DNA of 64,000 nt from an uncultured Eubacteriales bacterium (GCA_964545475.1 CAZJGG010000007.1:1103-65102), one strand, 5' to 3'. Shown: positions 1-9,688, counted from the stretch's first letter. The notes: generated by a model not told the origin, from the sequence alone. Made by a program: numbers and translations.

Positions 1-159
1 GTCTTAATTCTGCTTAATTGAAAACAGTAATATTAAAGAAAAAATTTAAACAATTTAAACGGTGTTTACATCAATTTAGAATGTAAATTGCCAATTGGAC
101 TAACAGGTAAAATACTTGATGACATTAAATTTCCCCAATAAAGATTATTCAACACGCCC
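1..159. repeat. MITE family A, degenerate copy truncated by window start
   Basis: Right terminus AAAGATTATTCAACACGCCC ends at 159. Internal GGTGTTTACATC resembles GGTCGTTTTTACATC of the intact 107-bp copy at 33470-33576. The interior has diverged. Confidence 0.5.
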
Positions 160-257
160 TCACATAGGCAAAAACAGACTCCTTGATTTCGTTTTTAGCT
201 GTCCATACGTCATAGTAATACCGATTAATGCCCTTTTTAGGAAAGTCATGGCTTTTA

Positions 258-420
258 GAACCAGTGTTCAATAATGAGTTGTCCGAATATAAATAGCCAT
301 TTTTCGCAATTCTCAGCGCGGCGGCTCGACATAATAATACAAATTATGTCGAGCCGCCGCAACAAAGAGGTGGGAATAATCGCTTTCAAAGTCGGGCAAC
401 AGCTTACTGAACACAGGCTC
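258..420. mobile_element. MITE family D, copy D1 (163 bp, non-coding)
   Basis: Terminal inverted repeats GAACCAGTGTTCAATAA (from 258) and TTACTGAACACAGGCTC (to 420). Colinear over its whole length, in opposite orientation, with 28908-29071. Central perfect 18-bp stem 318-335/343-360 with a 7-nt loop. Flanked by TTA and TAA. Confidence 0.75.
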
Positions 421-3400
421 TAAGGTCTTGAAATCTCCTTCGCTTGTGAAGCAGGTATCTTGCCCTTTTTTGCAAATCTTACATAGACAGTCTGGTCGTT
501 TTCCATTTTAACGTTGTCCATTATCTGTTTGGAAACTTTTGTCCATTTTGTCTTTTTATCCATTATCTGGCTTAAAACTGCTCCTTTTTTAAGGGTAGCA
601 AATTGCAGTGTCTTATAATCCGCACCTTCAAGGCTAAATGTAAGCTTTTGCCCCGTTTTTGTGCCATCATCAAACGATACCGATACTTCCGGAGAGACAC
701 CGGAAACATAAGTAACAAAGGTCTTAGCCAATTCAGATTTCGGCAAGCGAGAAGAATTGGTTCTTATAAATACAATGTCTCCAACAGAAGCCTCAACATT
801 GTTTTTTGTTATAGGTTTCTTCAACAATGCCGGGTCTTGGTTAACGGGGCATTTTTCCCACTTATTGTCATCTAAATCTCCCACGCTCTTTGCAAGTTGG
901 AACTCCTCGTCCATATAACTCTTGCCAAACGTAAGGTTTGTAAAGCCGATCTCACCTGTTGCTACAGACGTAACCCTAACAGACGGAGACTTAGGTTTTG
1001 AAATAATATTAAGCTTTACCTTTTTTGAATACTTCACTTCAGGCGTTTTGCTAACAGTTCTAAAGTATACGGTCATTTCTGCATCTGCTAAAATGCTTGA
1101 AGATATGCCTGTTTTGGGGAATTTCTTCCATGATACCTTTTTGTTGTTAGGTTCAAGCTTTGTTACGGCATAAGTGAAGTCTTTGGCGGCCACAAACATC
1201 GGCTGTATCTTGATTGTCCCGGGTTTGTCACCTTTTATAATAGAGATTTCAGGATCTCCGTCGTCCTCTTCCTCTTCCTCGTTTTCATTTTCATTTTCAA
1301 CAATTACCGTTTTTACACCACTTGTTGTGGTTGCGGTTTTTAAGCCGGCTGCATCGTTGTTTGTGTTGGTCGCCACAACATAATAATGTGTTGTTCCAAC
1401 TATTGAGGTCGGTGGGGTGAAGCTTTGTGCGGTTTGCCCGGAGATTTCCGTACCTCCTGTGTTTGTGTTTGCGGTATTAGAATACCACTGGTATGTTACA
1501 AAACCGCCGTCCGTCACTGTTGCTAGGATCTGTAACGCTTCTGCTGTGTCGTTTTTGGTGTATGTGTCCGTGCCGCTTAAATCGGCGGTAAATGTTGGTG
1601 CTTGCGCATCTACAACACTAACATCATTAACAATTACCGTTTTTACACCACTTGTTGTGGTTGCGGTCTTTATGCCAACTGCATGGTTGTTTGTGTTGGT
1701 CGCCACAACATAATAATGTGTTGTTCCAACTATTAAGGTCGGTGGGGTGAAGCTTTGTGCGGTTTGCCCGAAGATTTCCGTGCCGCCTGTGTTTGTGTTT
1801 GCGGTATTAGAATACCACTGGTATGTTACAGTGCCGCCGTCCGTCACCGTTGCTAGGATCTGCAACGCCTCTGCTGTGTCGTTTTTGGTGTATGTGTCTG
1901 TTCCGCTTAAATTGGCTGTAAATGTTGGTGCTTGTGCATCTACAATACTTACATCATTAACAATTACCGTTTTTACACCATTTGTTGTGGTTGCGGTTTT
2001 TAAGCCAATTGCATGGTTGTTTGTGTTGGTCGCCACAACATAATAATATGTTGTTCCAACTGTTGAGGTCGGTGGGGTGAAGGCTTGTGCGGTTTGCCCG
2101 AAGATTTCCGTGCCGCCTGTATTTGTGTTTGCGGTATTAGAATACCACTGGTATGTTACAGTGCCGCCGTCAGTCGCCGTTGCCAAAACTTGCAACGCTT
2201 CTGCTGTGTCGTTTTTGGTGTATGCGTCTGTGCCGCTTAAATTGGCTGTAAATGTTGGTGCTTGTGCATCTACAATATTAACATCATTAACAATTACCGT
2301 TTTTAAACCACTTGTTGTAGTTGCGGTTTTTAAGCCGGTTGCTTCGTTGTTTGTGTTGGTCGCAGTAACGTAATAGTATGAAATCCCAATGGTTTCTGTG
2401 GGTGGGGTAAAGCTTGGTTGTGTCTGCCCTTGAATTTCTGTTGCACCGGTGTATGTGTTTGCGTTGTTATAATACCACTGATAAGACACTGTGCCGCCGT
2501 CAGATACATCTGCCCACACCTGCAATGGGGTTGCTGCTGTGCCCTGGGTGTAGGTGTCTATACCGTTTATATCAATGGTAAAGGTTGGTGTGACGGCGTC
2601 ATTCAAATTAGGGTTGCCTGTAATCGTACACAGTGCATCAACTGGAGATTTCAAATTGGTAATAGTTATTGAGGGTGTTGCTTGGCCGCTTGTACCTGTA
2701 CCTGTTCCTGTCCAGGCGTATGTATACCCGGCGGTTGACCCGGCGCCTGTGGCTGTAATAATAAGCTGCTTGTCGTCAACTACAACCGCACCGGAAGCAA
2801 TGGGAGTACCGTCATACACCGCACTGATTGTGCTTTCTGAGGCTGTTCCGGCGTTATCAACGGCAAACTGAACAGTGTAAAAATCTATGTTAGTCGAATT
2901 ATTATTGCCGTTAATTATAATGGTTTTGCCGATGTCGACCCCATCCACAAGGATTTTCCATGTGCCGCTTTGTACATTTGCGGAAAACACACCTGTCGCT
3001 CCAACTTGACTGGCGATTTTAGGCACTCCAGAATTCATTTGCAACCCTACGCTCTTGCCGGAATTTGCCCAAAGAGAGGCATCCTTGTAAAGATTAATAG
3101 TCGCTGCATAGACCGTTGCAACGCCAGCTTCAACCTCCATTGAGCTGCCGCTTGCGCTGTTTACTTGTATTTGAATTCCGCTTAGTACGTCTTGTGGGTG
3201 ACAATTAGGGTCAGATGTATATGGGCTTGGTGAACCACCGTCTGACGCCGTATGCCCGGATCTATGGAATTTACTGTTTGGGGCGGTTGTTGCATTAAAC
3301 TTAGAAACGGCTGAGGAATAAAAATGATTGCGGGAATTTAAGCTCCAGAAACCGTTTGAGGTATTTAATACATTTCCGTTGTCTGATTCCTCTAAAGCAA

Positions 3401-4949
3401 CTGCTTTATGGTTTTTGTTACTGTTAATTCTACCGCCGGCTGAATTAACAGCATCATCAATATGATAAATTAAAACACCGCCGTTGTTGTTAGAGCGCCC
3501 CAAACCAAACCTGTACAGCCCTTCATCATACCCCACTAATTGCCTGTTTTCCGCAAGAAAGTATTGTGTCGGTTTCGAGGGGTCATAAACCTTTAATATA
3601 TTATAGCTGCTATCGGCGCTGTTAAGATTGAGATTTAAATAACCTGTTGACGAAACAGTCTCCGGCGTATTAAAGCCCAATTGTATCCTTGACCATGGAT
3701 CAAAGCGTGTTGGCGTTTCTCCGCCGTATTCACCGTTGGCCGCTCCCCAGCTGCCATAAGCCATAACGCTGTAAGGCCCAAGGCCGCCTGCATCGTTACC
3801 GTAATCATAAAAATCCGGCAGACCCAAATCATGGCCTATCTCGTGAACCGCTACACCCAAGCCCATTGGTTTAGCGCTTGAATTCAGTGCTGCACCCTCA
3901 TATATTTCCCCGTGTGATGCAAAGCTTTGCAATGCTGGGCTATTGGGGTTAGTCAGGTTGACACTAACATAGGTGGGATTATTTTGCGTCCCAAAATAAT
4001 AATAATAGGCATGTGCCCACATTTTCTGCGGTTTGCTGCTGTTAGCGCTATTGCTTGCCTCCCACCCTGCAGCAACAACAGAAACATGAAAATCTTCACG
4101 TAATATGTAGCCTGAGTTTACTCTTGCGTATTTTGAAAAATCTATGTATTTACCAATAGCGGCAAACGCTGCTCTAATATCACCATCTATGGATGTATAG
4201 TCACCCGAATATCCGGGGTGTGTTTTGTTAAGCTTTACCCTTGCCACACCATCCTTTAACTCAGCCTCAACAACACCAGAAATACCCGTAAGGGTTCGGT
4301 TAGACACATTAAACGATATGGGCGCAAATTGAAAATTCTTTTCCCCCGAGGCATCCTTGTAATAATCGTTTACGGTTTTACCCGTTGTGCCAAAATGGCG
4401 GTTGCGCCAAAAATCCATTCCCATAACAAGCGGGGCATCGGTGTACTCTATCAGGATAACCAACATATCCTGCGTATATTTATTAGTAGGTATAACCTTG
4501 TAAGTGGCTTCATTAAGCTGTGGGGGGCTAATCACATCCGTATTCAATTGGAAAAATAGCTGGTTTGCTGTTTCTTCAACGGATTTGTCACGAATGTCAT
4601 TTAGTGCATCACTCTTGATTTTCGGCCTTGCAGGACCAAACATACTAATGCTGCTACCCACAATATCCTCACCGGCCGTTATGCGGTTGTTTGATAGATA
4701 TGCATAACACCAGTTTTCGGATTCTTCATTGTAAGCAATAACGTAACCGGTGTCAGCCTCTTCTGTCCAGTTAAAAAACTCATCACCAAAGCCTTGGATT
4801 GTAATAATTGTCCCGTCTGCCTGTTCTACTTCCGAAGGAAAGGGATTGGCAGGGATTGCGTATGCAGTAATTGTCGTCATTAACAGAAAAACAGGCAACA
4901 GGATTAAAAGCATTGCGTGCATAACATAACGTTTGGGTGCTTGTAACAT
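420..4949 (-). CDS. Secreted M6 (immune inhibitor A-like) zinc metalloprotease with 4 tandem Ig-like repeats and a C-terminal tri-module
   Basis: ORF track gives 420..5036. I moved the start to ATG 4949 (GAGGAG 9 nt upstream, then signal-like LLILLPVFLLMTTITAYA). HEIGHDLGLPDFYD motif is typical of M6/InhA peptidases. Four 110-aa repeats, an acidic ENENENEEEEEDDGD linker and a 277-aa tail. Confidence 0.85.
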   Translation of the reverse strand: MLQAPKRYVMHAMLLILLPVFLLMTTITAYAIPANPFPSEVEQADGTIITIQGFGDEFFNWTEEADTGYVIAYNEESENWCYAYLSNNRITAGEDIVGSSISMFGPARPKIKSDALNDIRDKSVEETANQLFFQLNTDVISPPQLNEATYKVIPTNKYTQDMLVILIEYTDAPLVMGMDFWRNRHFGTTGKTVNDYYKDASGEKNFQFAPISFNVSNRTLTGISGVVEAELKDGVARVKLNKTHPGYSGDYTSIDGDIRAAFAAIGKYIDFSKYARVNSGYILREDFHVSVVAAGWEASNSANSSKPQKMWAHAYYYYFGTQNNPTYVSVNLTNPNSPALQSFASHGEIYEGAALNSSAKPMGLGVAVHEIGHDLGLPDFYDYGNDAGGLGPYSVMAYGSWGAANGEYGGETPTRFDPWSRIQLGFNTPETVSSTGYLNLNLNSADSSYNILKVYDPSKPTQYFLAENRQLVGYDEGLYRFGLGRSNNNGGVLIYHIDDAVNSAGGRINSNKNHKAVALEESDNGNVLNTSNGFWSLNSRNHFYSSAVSKFNATTAPNSKFHRSGHTASDGGSPSPYTSDPNCHPQDVLSGIQIQVNSASGSSMEVEAGVATVYAATINLYKDASLWANSGKSVGLQMNSGVPKIASQVGATGVFSANVQSGTWKILVDGVDIGKTIIINGNNNSTNIDFYTVQFAVDNAGTASESTISAVYDGTPIASGAVVVDDKQLIITATGAGSTAGYTYAWTGTGTGTSGQATPSITITNLKSPVDALCTITGNPNLNDAVTPTFTIDINGIDTYTQGTAATPLQVWADVSDGGTVSYQWYYNNANTYTGATEIQGQTQPSFTPPTETIGISYYYVTATNTNNEATGLKTATTTSGLKTVIVNDVNIVDAQAPTFTANLSGTDAYTKNDTAEALQVLATATDGGTVTYQWYSNTANTNTGGTEIFGQTAQAFTPPTSTVGTTYYYVVATNTNNHAIGLKTATTTNGVKTVIVNDVSIVDAQAPTFTANLSGTDTYTKNDTAEALQILATVTDGGTVTYQWYSNTANTNTGGTEIFGQTAQSFTPPTLIVGTTHYYVVATNTNNHAVGIKTATTTSGVKTVIVNDVSVVDAQAPTFTADLSGTDTYTKNDTAEALQILATVTDGGFVTYQWYSNTANTNTGGTEISGQTAQSFTPPTSIVGTTHYYVVATNTNNDAAGLKTATTTSGVKTVIVENENENEEEEEDDGDPEISIIKGDKPGTIKIQPMFVAAKDFTYAVTKLEPNNKKVSWKKFPKTGISSSILADAEMTVYFRTVSKTPEVKYSKKVKLNIISKPKSPSVRVTSVATGEIGFTNLTFGKSYMDEEFQLAKSVGDLDDNKWEKCPVNQDPALLKKPITKNNVEASVGDIVFIRTNSSRLPKSELAKTFVTYVSGVSPEVSVSFDDGTKTGQKLTFSLEGADYKTLQFATLKKGAVLSQIMDKKTKWTKVSKQIMDNVKMENDQTVYVRFAKKGKIPASQAKEISRP
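1296..2620 (-). repeat. 4 x 330-bp in-frame tandem repeats (Ig-like domain units) inside the protease gene
   Basis: Period 330 nt is visible from the identical antisense ORF starts at 1417/1747/2077. The three central units are near-identical at DNA level and the outer unit is more diverged. Confidence 0.9.
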
Positions 4950-5159
4950 GTTTGTCATCTCCTCATGAATATTGGTAGTAATAACTATGCCATTCTTATG
5001 CATAGCATACCATAAGTGTTCTAAAACTGCAACCAATTATTACAGCACTATAACGAAAAATCATGAAAATATATCCAGTTAAAAGTAAAAGTTTATATTT
5101 TTAGTATAGAAAGTAAAATTTTTATATTGATATTTAAGTTAAGTACCGCTGTTCCTAAG

Positions 5160-5193
5160 AACATATCTGTTTATGTTTTTGCAAATAGCTATA
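5160..5193 (+). repeat. Motif E copy 1 (AACATAnCTGTTTATGTTTTTGCAAATAGCTATA)
   Basis: One of five copies of the same about 30-nt intergenic motif (see 36563, 38212, 38688, 55353). Confidence 0.7.
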
Positions 5194-5221
5194 TTGCCAT
5201 AATCACAAGCGTATTAAACCC

Positions 5222-5258
5222 AAACTAAAAGGACTGAGCCCTGTAAATTACAGAGTCC
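5222..5258 (-). terminator. Intrinsic terminator downstream of the tlpA-like operon
   Basis: Hairpin GGACTGAGCCCTGTAAATTACAGAGTCC followed on the minus strand by TTTT. Confidence 0.55.
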
Positions 5259-5283
5259 AATCCTTGTTAGTTGCTTTTTTATT

Positions 5284-5856
5284 TTATTCTACTTCCAAAT
5301 TATTTTCAATAGCCTTTATTAATTCATATTTAGACATAACTCCCGATCTGGTTTCGGTCATTTCTCCGTTTTTATTAAACACCACGGTGGTTGGAATGCC
5401 TCTAACGTTATAAGCTCTTGATGCATACCCCGTTGTATCAAATAAAACATTTTCAAAATCAAGCTCAGCTTCGTCCAAATATGCCATGGCTGTTTCAGTT
5501 GTTTCGCTGTCGCCGTCTGCTAGGTTTACCATAAGAAATACAACGCTTTGGTCTAAAAATTTTTGCTCAACCTCTAAAAAATCAGGAAGCTCTATTGTAC
5601 ACGGCTCGCACCAGCTTGCCCAAAAATTTACAACAACGCAGGAATAACCGATATAATCTGAAAGCTTAACCTCGTCGCCGTTTAAATTTAAAACGGTGAA
5701 ATCTTTATATGGAAGCTCTTTAGTTTCTGTTGGGCTAATTTGTGCCTGTTCAGTTGGGGCAGGGTTTGTATCCTGCACGTCATCATTGGCTTTTTCAGAA
5801 CAGCCGCTTAACAGCAATAAAACCGAAATAGACAAAAGCGTAATGAATGTTTTCAT
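5284..5856 (-). CDS. TlpA/ResA-like thiol-disulfide oxidoreductase lipoprotein
   Basis: WCEPC thioredoxin motif and lipobox LLLSGC. Start set at ATG 5856 (GGAGG 5 nt upstream) rather than the track TTG at 5868. Confidence 0.85.
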   Translation of the reverse strand: MKTFITLLSISVLLLLSGCSEKANDDVQDTNPAPTEQAQISPTETKELPYKDFTVLNLNGDEVKLSDYIGYSCVVVNFWASWCEPCTIELPDFLEVEQKFLDQSVVFLMVNLADGDSETTETAMAYLDEAELDFENVLFDTTGYASRAYNVRGIPTTVVFNKNGEMTETRSGVMSKYELIKAIENNLEVE

Positions 5857-5869
5857 TTTTACCTCCAAA

Positions 5870-6136
5870 TTATATTTTACGGTAAATTATATAGGAAAGT
5901 GCCATGCCTAAAACACCTGCAACCGTAAACTTTATTACTAGGGAAAGCTGAAATAAAATTATTCCCAAATCAACTTTAAACGGTTGCTCCATTCCAAAAC
6001 TTTTTCCGTAAGAAAGCCAGCTTAAATAAGGTATTTTTGCGGTAGCCTCGCCTATAAACCCGCCTATAACAATGCCGCATAAAAGAAATAGAATTAAAAT
6101 CAACGGGCTTTTTTCTCCGCTTTTTCCACCATACAT
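5870..6136 (-). CDS. DUF4321-like small membrane protein
   Basis: 88 aa with two hydrophobic segments. AGGAGG lies 8 nt upstream. Family assignment is from memory of DUF4321 sequences. Confidence 0.6.
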   Translation of the reverse strand: MYGGKSGEKSPLILILFLLCGIVIGGFIGEATAKIPYLSWLSYGKSFGMEQPFKVDLGIILFQLSLVIKFTVAGVLGMALSYIIYRKI

Positions 6137-6161
6137 AAGGCTGACCTCCTTTTTACTTATT

Positions 6162-6920
6162 TTATTGACTCAAAAAATTATAAAAATCAATTCGCCATAC
6201 GCCGTTTTCGTCTTTAATCAAACTGATTTTGGCAACTTCAGGGTCTGGAGATTGAGTAGTAAATTCTATATAGCAATTTTCGCCGTTAACATCAACCACT
6301 TTGCCGGCGTCTAAAGCGCCAAATAGTAAATCGGCAAAATACTGTCTTTGTTCGGTAGAAATAGTAGCGCTTTCAACAGATTCCATATAATCCTCATAAG
6401 ATGCATCCATATTGGAGGTTGAATACATTTTATATTCAAGTTCTGTTTCATTGTTTATTCCTAAATTAATAAAAGCTTTTGCAATATTTATAGGATTTGC
6501 GTTTTTAAATACGTTTACATCCTTTTTGCCTACATAACTATCATAAAGAGCTTGCTCTTCTTGTGTAAGCTTAAATGGTTTAACTTCAGCAGGCTCGGTT
6601 GGTTCTGGCGTTGGTGTGGGTTCAGTTTTATCAGCGTTTTGTGTTTCAGTTGGTGAAGGGGTTTCAACAGGCGTTTCTGGAGGTGTGGTAGCGTCTGTTC
6701 CCGGGTTATCAAATTCTTTCGGTTTTTCGAGAGTAATTGTAGTGCCGTCCATATCCATTTCATCAACAGTTCTAAATTCGGATTGCTCTGTTGGTAAAGT
6801 ATCCGGCAACGGTGCCTCGGAAGGGGCAGGGGGTTGGCTAGCTCCACATGCGCTTAATGTAAGCGAAAGACAAATTGTGCCTAAAACAGCATATTTTTTA
6901 ATGATTTTCGTTTTTAACAT
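6162..6920 (-). CDS. Lipoprotein with Pro/Thr/Glu-rich linker
   Basis: Lipobox LTLSACG, AAGGAG RBS and a low-complexity PTPEPTEP region. The C-terminal domain is unassigned. Confidence 0.7.
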   Translation of the reverse strand: MLKTKIIKKYAVLGTICLSLTLSACGASQPPAPSEAPLPDTLPTEQSEFRTVDEMDMDGTTITLEKPKEFDNPGTDATTPPETPVETPSPTETQNADKTEPTPTPEPTEPAEVKPFKLTQEEQALYDSYVGKKDVNVFKNANPINIAKAFINLGINNETELEYKMYSTSNMDASYEDYMESVESATISTEQRQYFADLLFGALDAGKVVDVNGENCYIEFTTQSPDPEVAKISLIKDENGVWRIDFYNFLSQ

Positions 6921-7049
6921 TTTTTAAAACTCCTTTTAAACAATTAGTAATGACAACAATATGTTTTATTTTCAAACTGTTGTACTTTTTATTATAACAC
7001 TAACTTTTGATTTAGCATATACTAAAATAAAAGTTTTGGGGGTTTTTTT

Positions 7050-7265
7050 ATGCTCAACTTATTTTTGTTAATTTCAATTGCGCTGTCGTTGACGTTTATG
7101 TTAAAGTATTCTGGGATTGTAAAATTTAAGTTGTTTCCATTATTGGCAGTTGTTATTGCTGTTATTCTTGCAGTTAGCTTTGCTGGGCTTAATTGTTTTG
7201 CCATTATATTTTCTGGTATTTTTAGTGGGGTTTTTGATTATATTATTGAGTGTAGACTCAATTAA
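7050..7265 (+). CDS. Hypothetical small hydrophobic membrane protein
   Basis: 71 aa, almost entirely hydrophobic. G-rich RBS 7 nt upstream. Hairpin GGCTTGT-N6-ACAAGCC at 7274-7293 just downstream. Confidence 0.4.
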   Translation: MLNLFLLISIALSLTFMLKYSGIVKFKLFPLLAVVIAVILAVSFAGLNCFAIIFSGIFSGVFDYIIECRLN

Positions 7266-7300
7266 TGTAATCCGGCTTGTTTTTGGACAAGCCTAAAGAT

Positions 7301-7326
7301 TAATTATGCACTGAAATGCATAATTA
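7301..7326 (+). promoter_or_regulatory. Perfect 10-6-10 palindrome upstream of arcA promoter
   Basis: TAATTATGCA-CTGAAA-TGCATAATTA, about 55 nt upstream of the predicted -35. Confidence 0.45.
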
Positions 7327-7378
7327 TAAATAATTAACAAAAATTAGAGGCTAAAGTATATTTTTTATATAAAAACTA

Positions 7379-7407
7379 TTGCAAAAAATCAAATAGTATA
7401 GTATTAT
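7379..7407 (+). promoter_or_regulatory. Sigma-A-like promoter of the arc/ornithine array
   Basis: TTGCAA, 17 nt spacer, TATTAT. Confidence 0.5.
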
Positions 7408-7482
7408 AAAAGAAATATAAGTTATAATTATTTAGTATTTGAATTAAATTATATAAAAAATATACAAAAAGGAGGAGAGAAG

Positions 7483-8700
7483 TTGAGTTCTATCAGCGTG
7501 TTTTCTGAAATTGGAAAATTGGAGCGAGTTTTGCTTCATAAGCCGGGTAAGGAGGTTGAAAATTTAACTCCAGACACATTGGGGCGGCTTTTGTTTGACG
7601 ACATACCTTTTCTTAAAATAGCGGCGAAAGAGCATGACTACTTTGCGAGCATCTTAAAAGAAAACGGAGCGGAAGTTTTATACTTGGAGGACTTAATTGC
7701 TTCTGTTTTTAAAGATGAAAAAATTAAGGATGAATTTATTTTAGATTTGCTTGAAGAAAGTAACATTCATTCTCATACACTTAAAGAGGCGCTCTTTGAC
7801 TATTTAAAATCAAAAGAAACTGAAGAAATGATAGAAAAGGTTTGCTCCGGTGTTAGAAAGCAGGAAATAAAATATAAATCCTCCTCTTTATCAGACATTA
7901 TTAAAGACGAATATGAGTTTTTTCTTGACCCAATGCCTAACCTGTATTTTACAAGAGACCCAGGGGCTTGTATTGGAAATGGTTTGGCAATTCATACTAT
8001 GAAAACCGTAACAAGGCGCAGAGAAACCCTCTTTCTTAAATATGTCCACAAATATCACCCAGTGTTTGAACTGGGCAAAACAAGGCTTTGGTACGACAGA
8101 ACATTTCCTTACCCCATTGAGGGTGGGGATATTCATGTTTTTTCAGATAAGCTTGTAGTTATCGGGTGCAGCGAAAGAACATCCGCCGAGGCAATAGAGC
8201 TTATAGCAAAAAATATTTTTGAACATAACGCCGGATTTGAAAAAATCTTATGTTTTGAAATTCAGAAAAAACGGGCATATATGCATCTGGACACGGTTTT
8301 GACAATGATTGACTACGATAAATTTACTGTTCATCCGGGGATTGAACAGGATTTAAACGTTTATGAAATTACAAAAGGAGCTAAAGATACCTTAAATTTA
8401 AGGTATGTAGATGAAAGTTTATCAGAGCTTCTTAAAAAATCTCTAGGAGTGGACAGCGTTGAGTTAATCCGCTGCGGCGGCGGAGACGCCATTATTTCCA
8501 GCAGGGAACAATGGAACGACGGCTCTAACACGTTGGCTATCGCTCCCGGGGTTGTAATAACATATGAAAGGAATTATGTGTCTAACGAGCTTTTAGAAAA
8601 ACGAGGGCTAAAAGTGATTACAATGCCTAGCTCCGAACTTTCAAGAGGTCGGGGCGGCCCGAGATGTATGAGTATGACAATGGCAAGAGCAAAAATATAA
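7483..8700 (+). CDS. arcA: Arginine deiminase
   Basis: N-terminus SVFSEIGKLERVLLHKPGKEVENLTP and C-terminal GGPRCMSM are typical of ArcA. TTG start with GGAGGAG RBS. Confidence 0.93.
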   Translation: MSSISVFSEIGKLERVLLHKPGKEVENLTPDTLGRLLFDDIPFLKIAAKEHDYFASILKENGAEVLYLEDLIASVFKDEKIKDEFILDLLEESNIHSHTLKEALFDYLKSKETEEMIEKVCSGVRKQEIKYKSSSLSDIIKDEYEFFLDPMPNLYFTRDPGACIGNGLAIHTMKTVTRRRETLFLKYVHKYHPVFELGKTRLWYDRTFPYPIEGGDIHVFSDKLVVIGCSERTSAEAIELIAKNIFEHNAGFEKILCFEIQKKRAYMHLDTVLTMIDYDKFTVHPGIEQDLNVYEITKGAKDTLNLRYVDESLSELLKKSLGVDSVELIRCGGGDAIISSREQWNDGSNTLAIAPGVVITYERNYVSNELLEKRGLKVITMPSSELSRGRGGPRCMSMTMARAKI

Positions 8701-8746
8701 CGGCAAATATTAAACAGCAAATTCTTAATTAAGTGAGGTTGTTGTC

Positions 8747-9688
8747 TTGGATAAAAAAATCGTAATTGCGCTAGGGGGAAATGCGCTTGAAAGAAAAGGC
8801 TTACCTCCCACAGCAGAATCACAGCTTAAAGTAATAAAGGAAACAGCAGCTTATATTGCCGACATAATTGAAGAAGGCTACGACGTAACAATAAGCCATG
8901 GAAACGGTCCGCAAGTAGGGAGAATTCTCCTTGCTTCGGAAGCCTCAAACAATATAACCCCCACAATGCCTTTTGATGTTTGTGGGGCAATGAGCCAGGG
9001 ATATATAGGTTATCACTTACAGCAGGCTTTACAAACCCAGCTTTTAAAAAGAAATATTAAGCGTCCTGTAGTATCATTAATAACCCAGGTTGTTGTTGAC
9101 AAAAACGATTCGGCTTTTACAAACCCAACGAAACCAATAGGTCCTTTTTATACAAAAGAAGAAGCCCAAAGGCTTGCAGATGAAAAAGGTTATACTGTTA
9201 AAGAAGATGCAGGGCGAGGGTTTAGGCGAGTTGTTCCGTCTCCTATACCCAAAAGAATAGTAGAACTTCACTCAATAAAAACGTTGGTGCATAACAATAA
9301 TATTGTTATAGCCTCCGGCGGCGGCGGTATACCTGTTATAGAGGAAGATGGAGAATACATAGGAGTAGCGGCTGTTATAGACAAAGATTTCGCTTCCGAA
9401 AGGCTTGCAGAGGACTTGGATGCAGACATTTTAATGATTTTAACTGAGGTTGAAAAGGTTTGCATAAATTTTAACAAGCCTGACCAAAAAGCTTTAGATA
9501 ATATTAATACGGAAGCACTGAAAAAGCTTGCAGAAGAAGGGCACTTCGCTCCCGGTTCTATGCTTCCAAAGGTTAAGGCCGCAATACTATTTGCAGATTC
9601 TAAAGAGGGAAGAACAGCTATTATCTCTTCATTGGATTCAGCAAAACAAGCATTAGAAGGGCTTTCTGGTACGATTATTAAAAGATGA
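8747..9688 (+). CDS. arcC: Carbamate kinase
   Basis: IVIALGGNAL and HGNGPQVG motifs, 313 aa. TTG start. Confidence 0.92.
   Translation: MDKKIVIALGGNALERKGLPPTAESQLKVIKETAAYIADIIEEGYDVTISHGNGPQVGRILLASEASNNITPTMPFDVCGAMSQGYIGYHLQQALQTQLLKRNIKRPVVSLITQVVVDKNDSAFTNPTKPIGPFYTKEEAQRLADEKGYTVKEDAGRGFRRVVPSPIPKRIVELHSIKTLVHNNNIVIASGGGGIPVIEEDGEYIGVAAVIDKDFASERLAEDLDADILMILTEVEKVCINFNKPDQKALDNINTEALKKLAEEGHFAPGSMLPKVKAAILFADSKEGRTAIISSLDSAKQALEGLSGTIIKR

Noticed and set aside
318-360. Perfect 18-bp GC-rich hairpin as the intrinsic terminator of the protease gene
   Set aside because: No T-tract follows on either strand, and the hairpin is the conserved centre of MITE family D (its decayed counterpart is in 28908-29071). 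I therefore annotated it as part of the element. Terminator activity is not excluded.
1296-2620. Protease repeats as a diversity-generating retroelement target or a CRISPR-like array
   Set aside because: There is no reverse transcriptase or template repeat in the window. Differences between units are not adenine-specific. The units are 330 nt, contiguous and coding, so they are not a repeat-spacer array.
603-2871. Series of plus-strand ORFs (83-105 aa, three identical-length 98-aa ORFs at 1417/1747/2077) antisense to the protease gene
   Set aside because: They are a shadow of the 330-bp tandem repeat on the opposite strand. They have no RBS and low-complexity hydrophobic translations, and the minus-strand frame carries clear protease and Ig-like motifs.
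6530-6927. Alternative-frame ORFs within the Pro/Thr-rich lipoprotein gene
   Set aside because: Low-complexity coding sequence keeps other frames open. The chosen frame has an RBS and a lipobox signal peptide.
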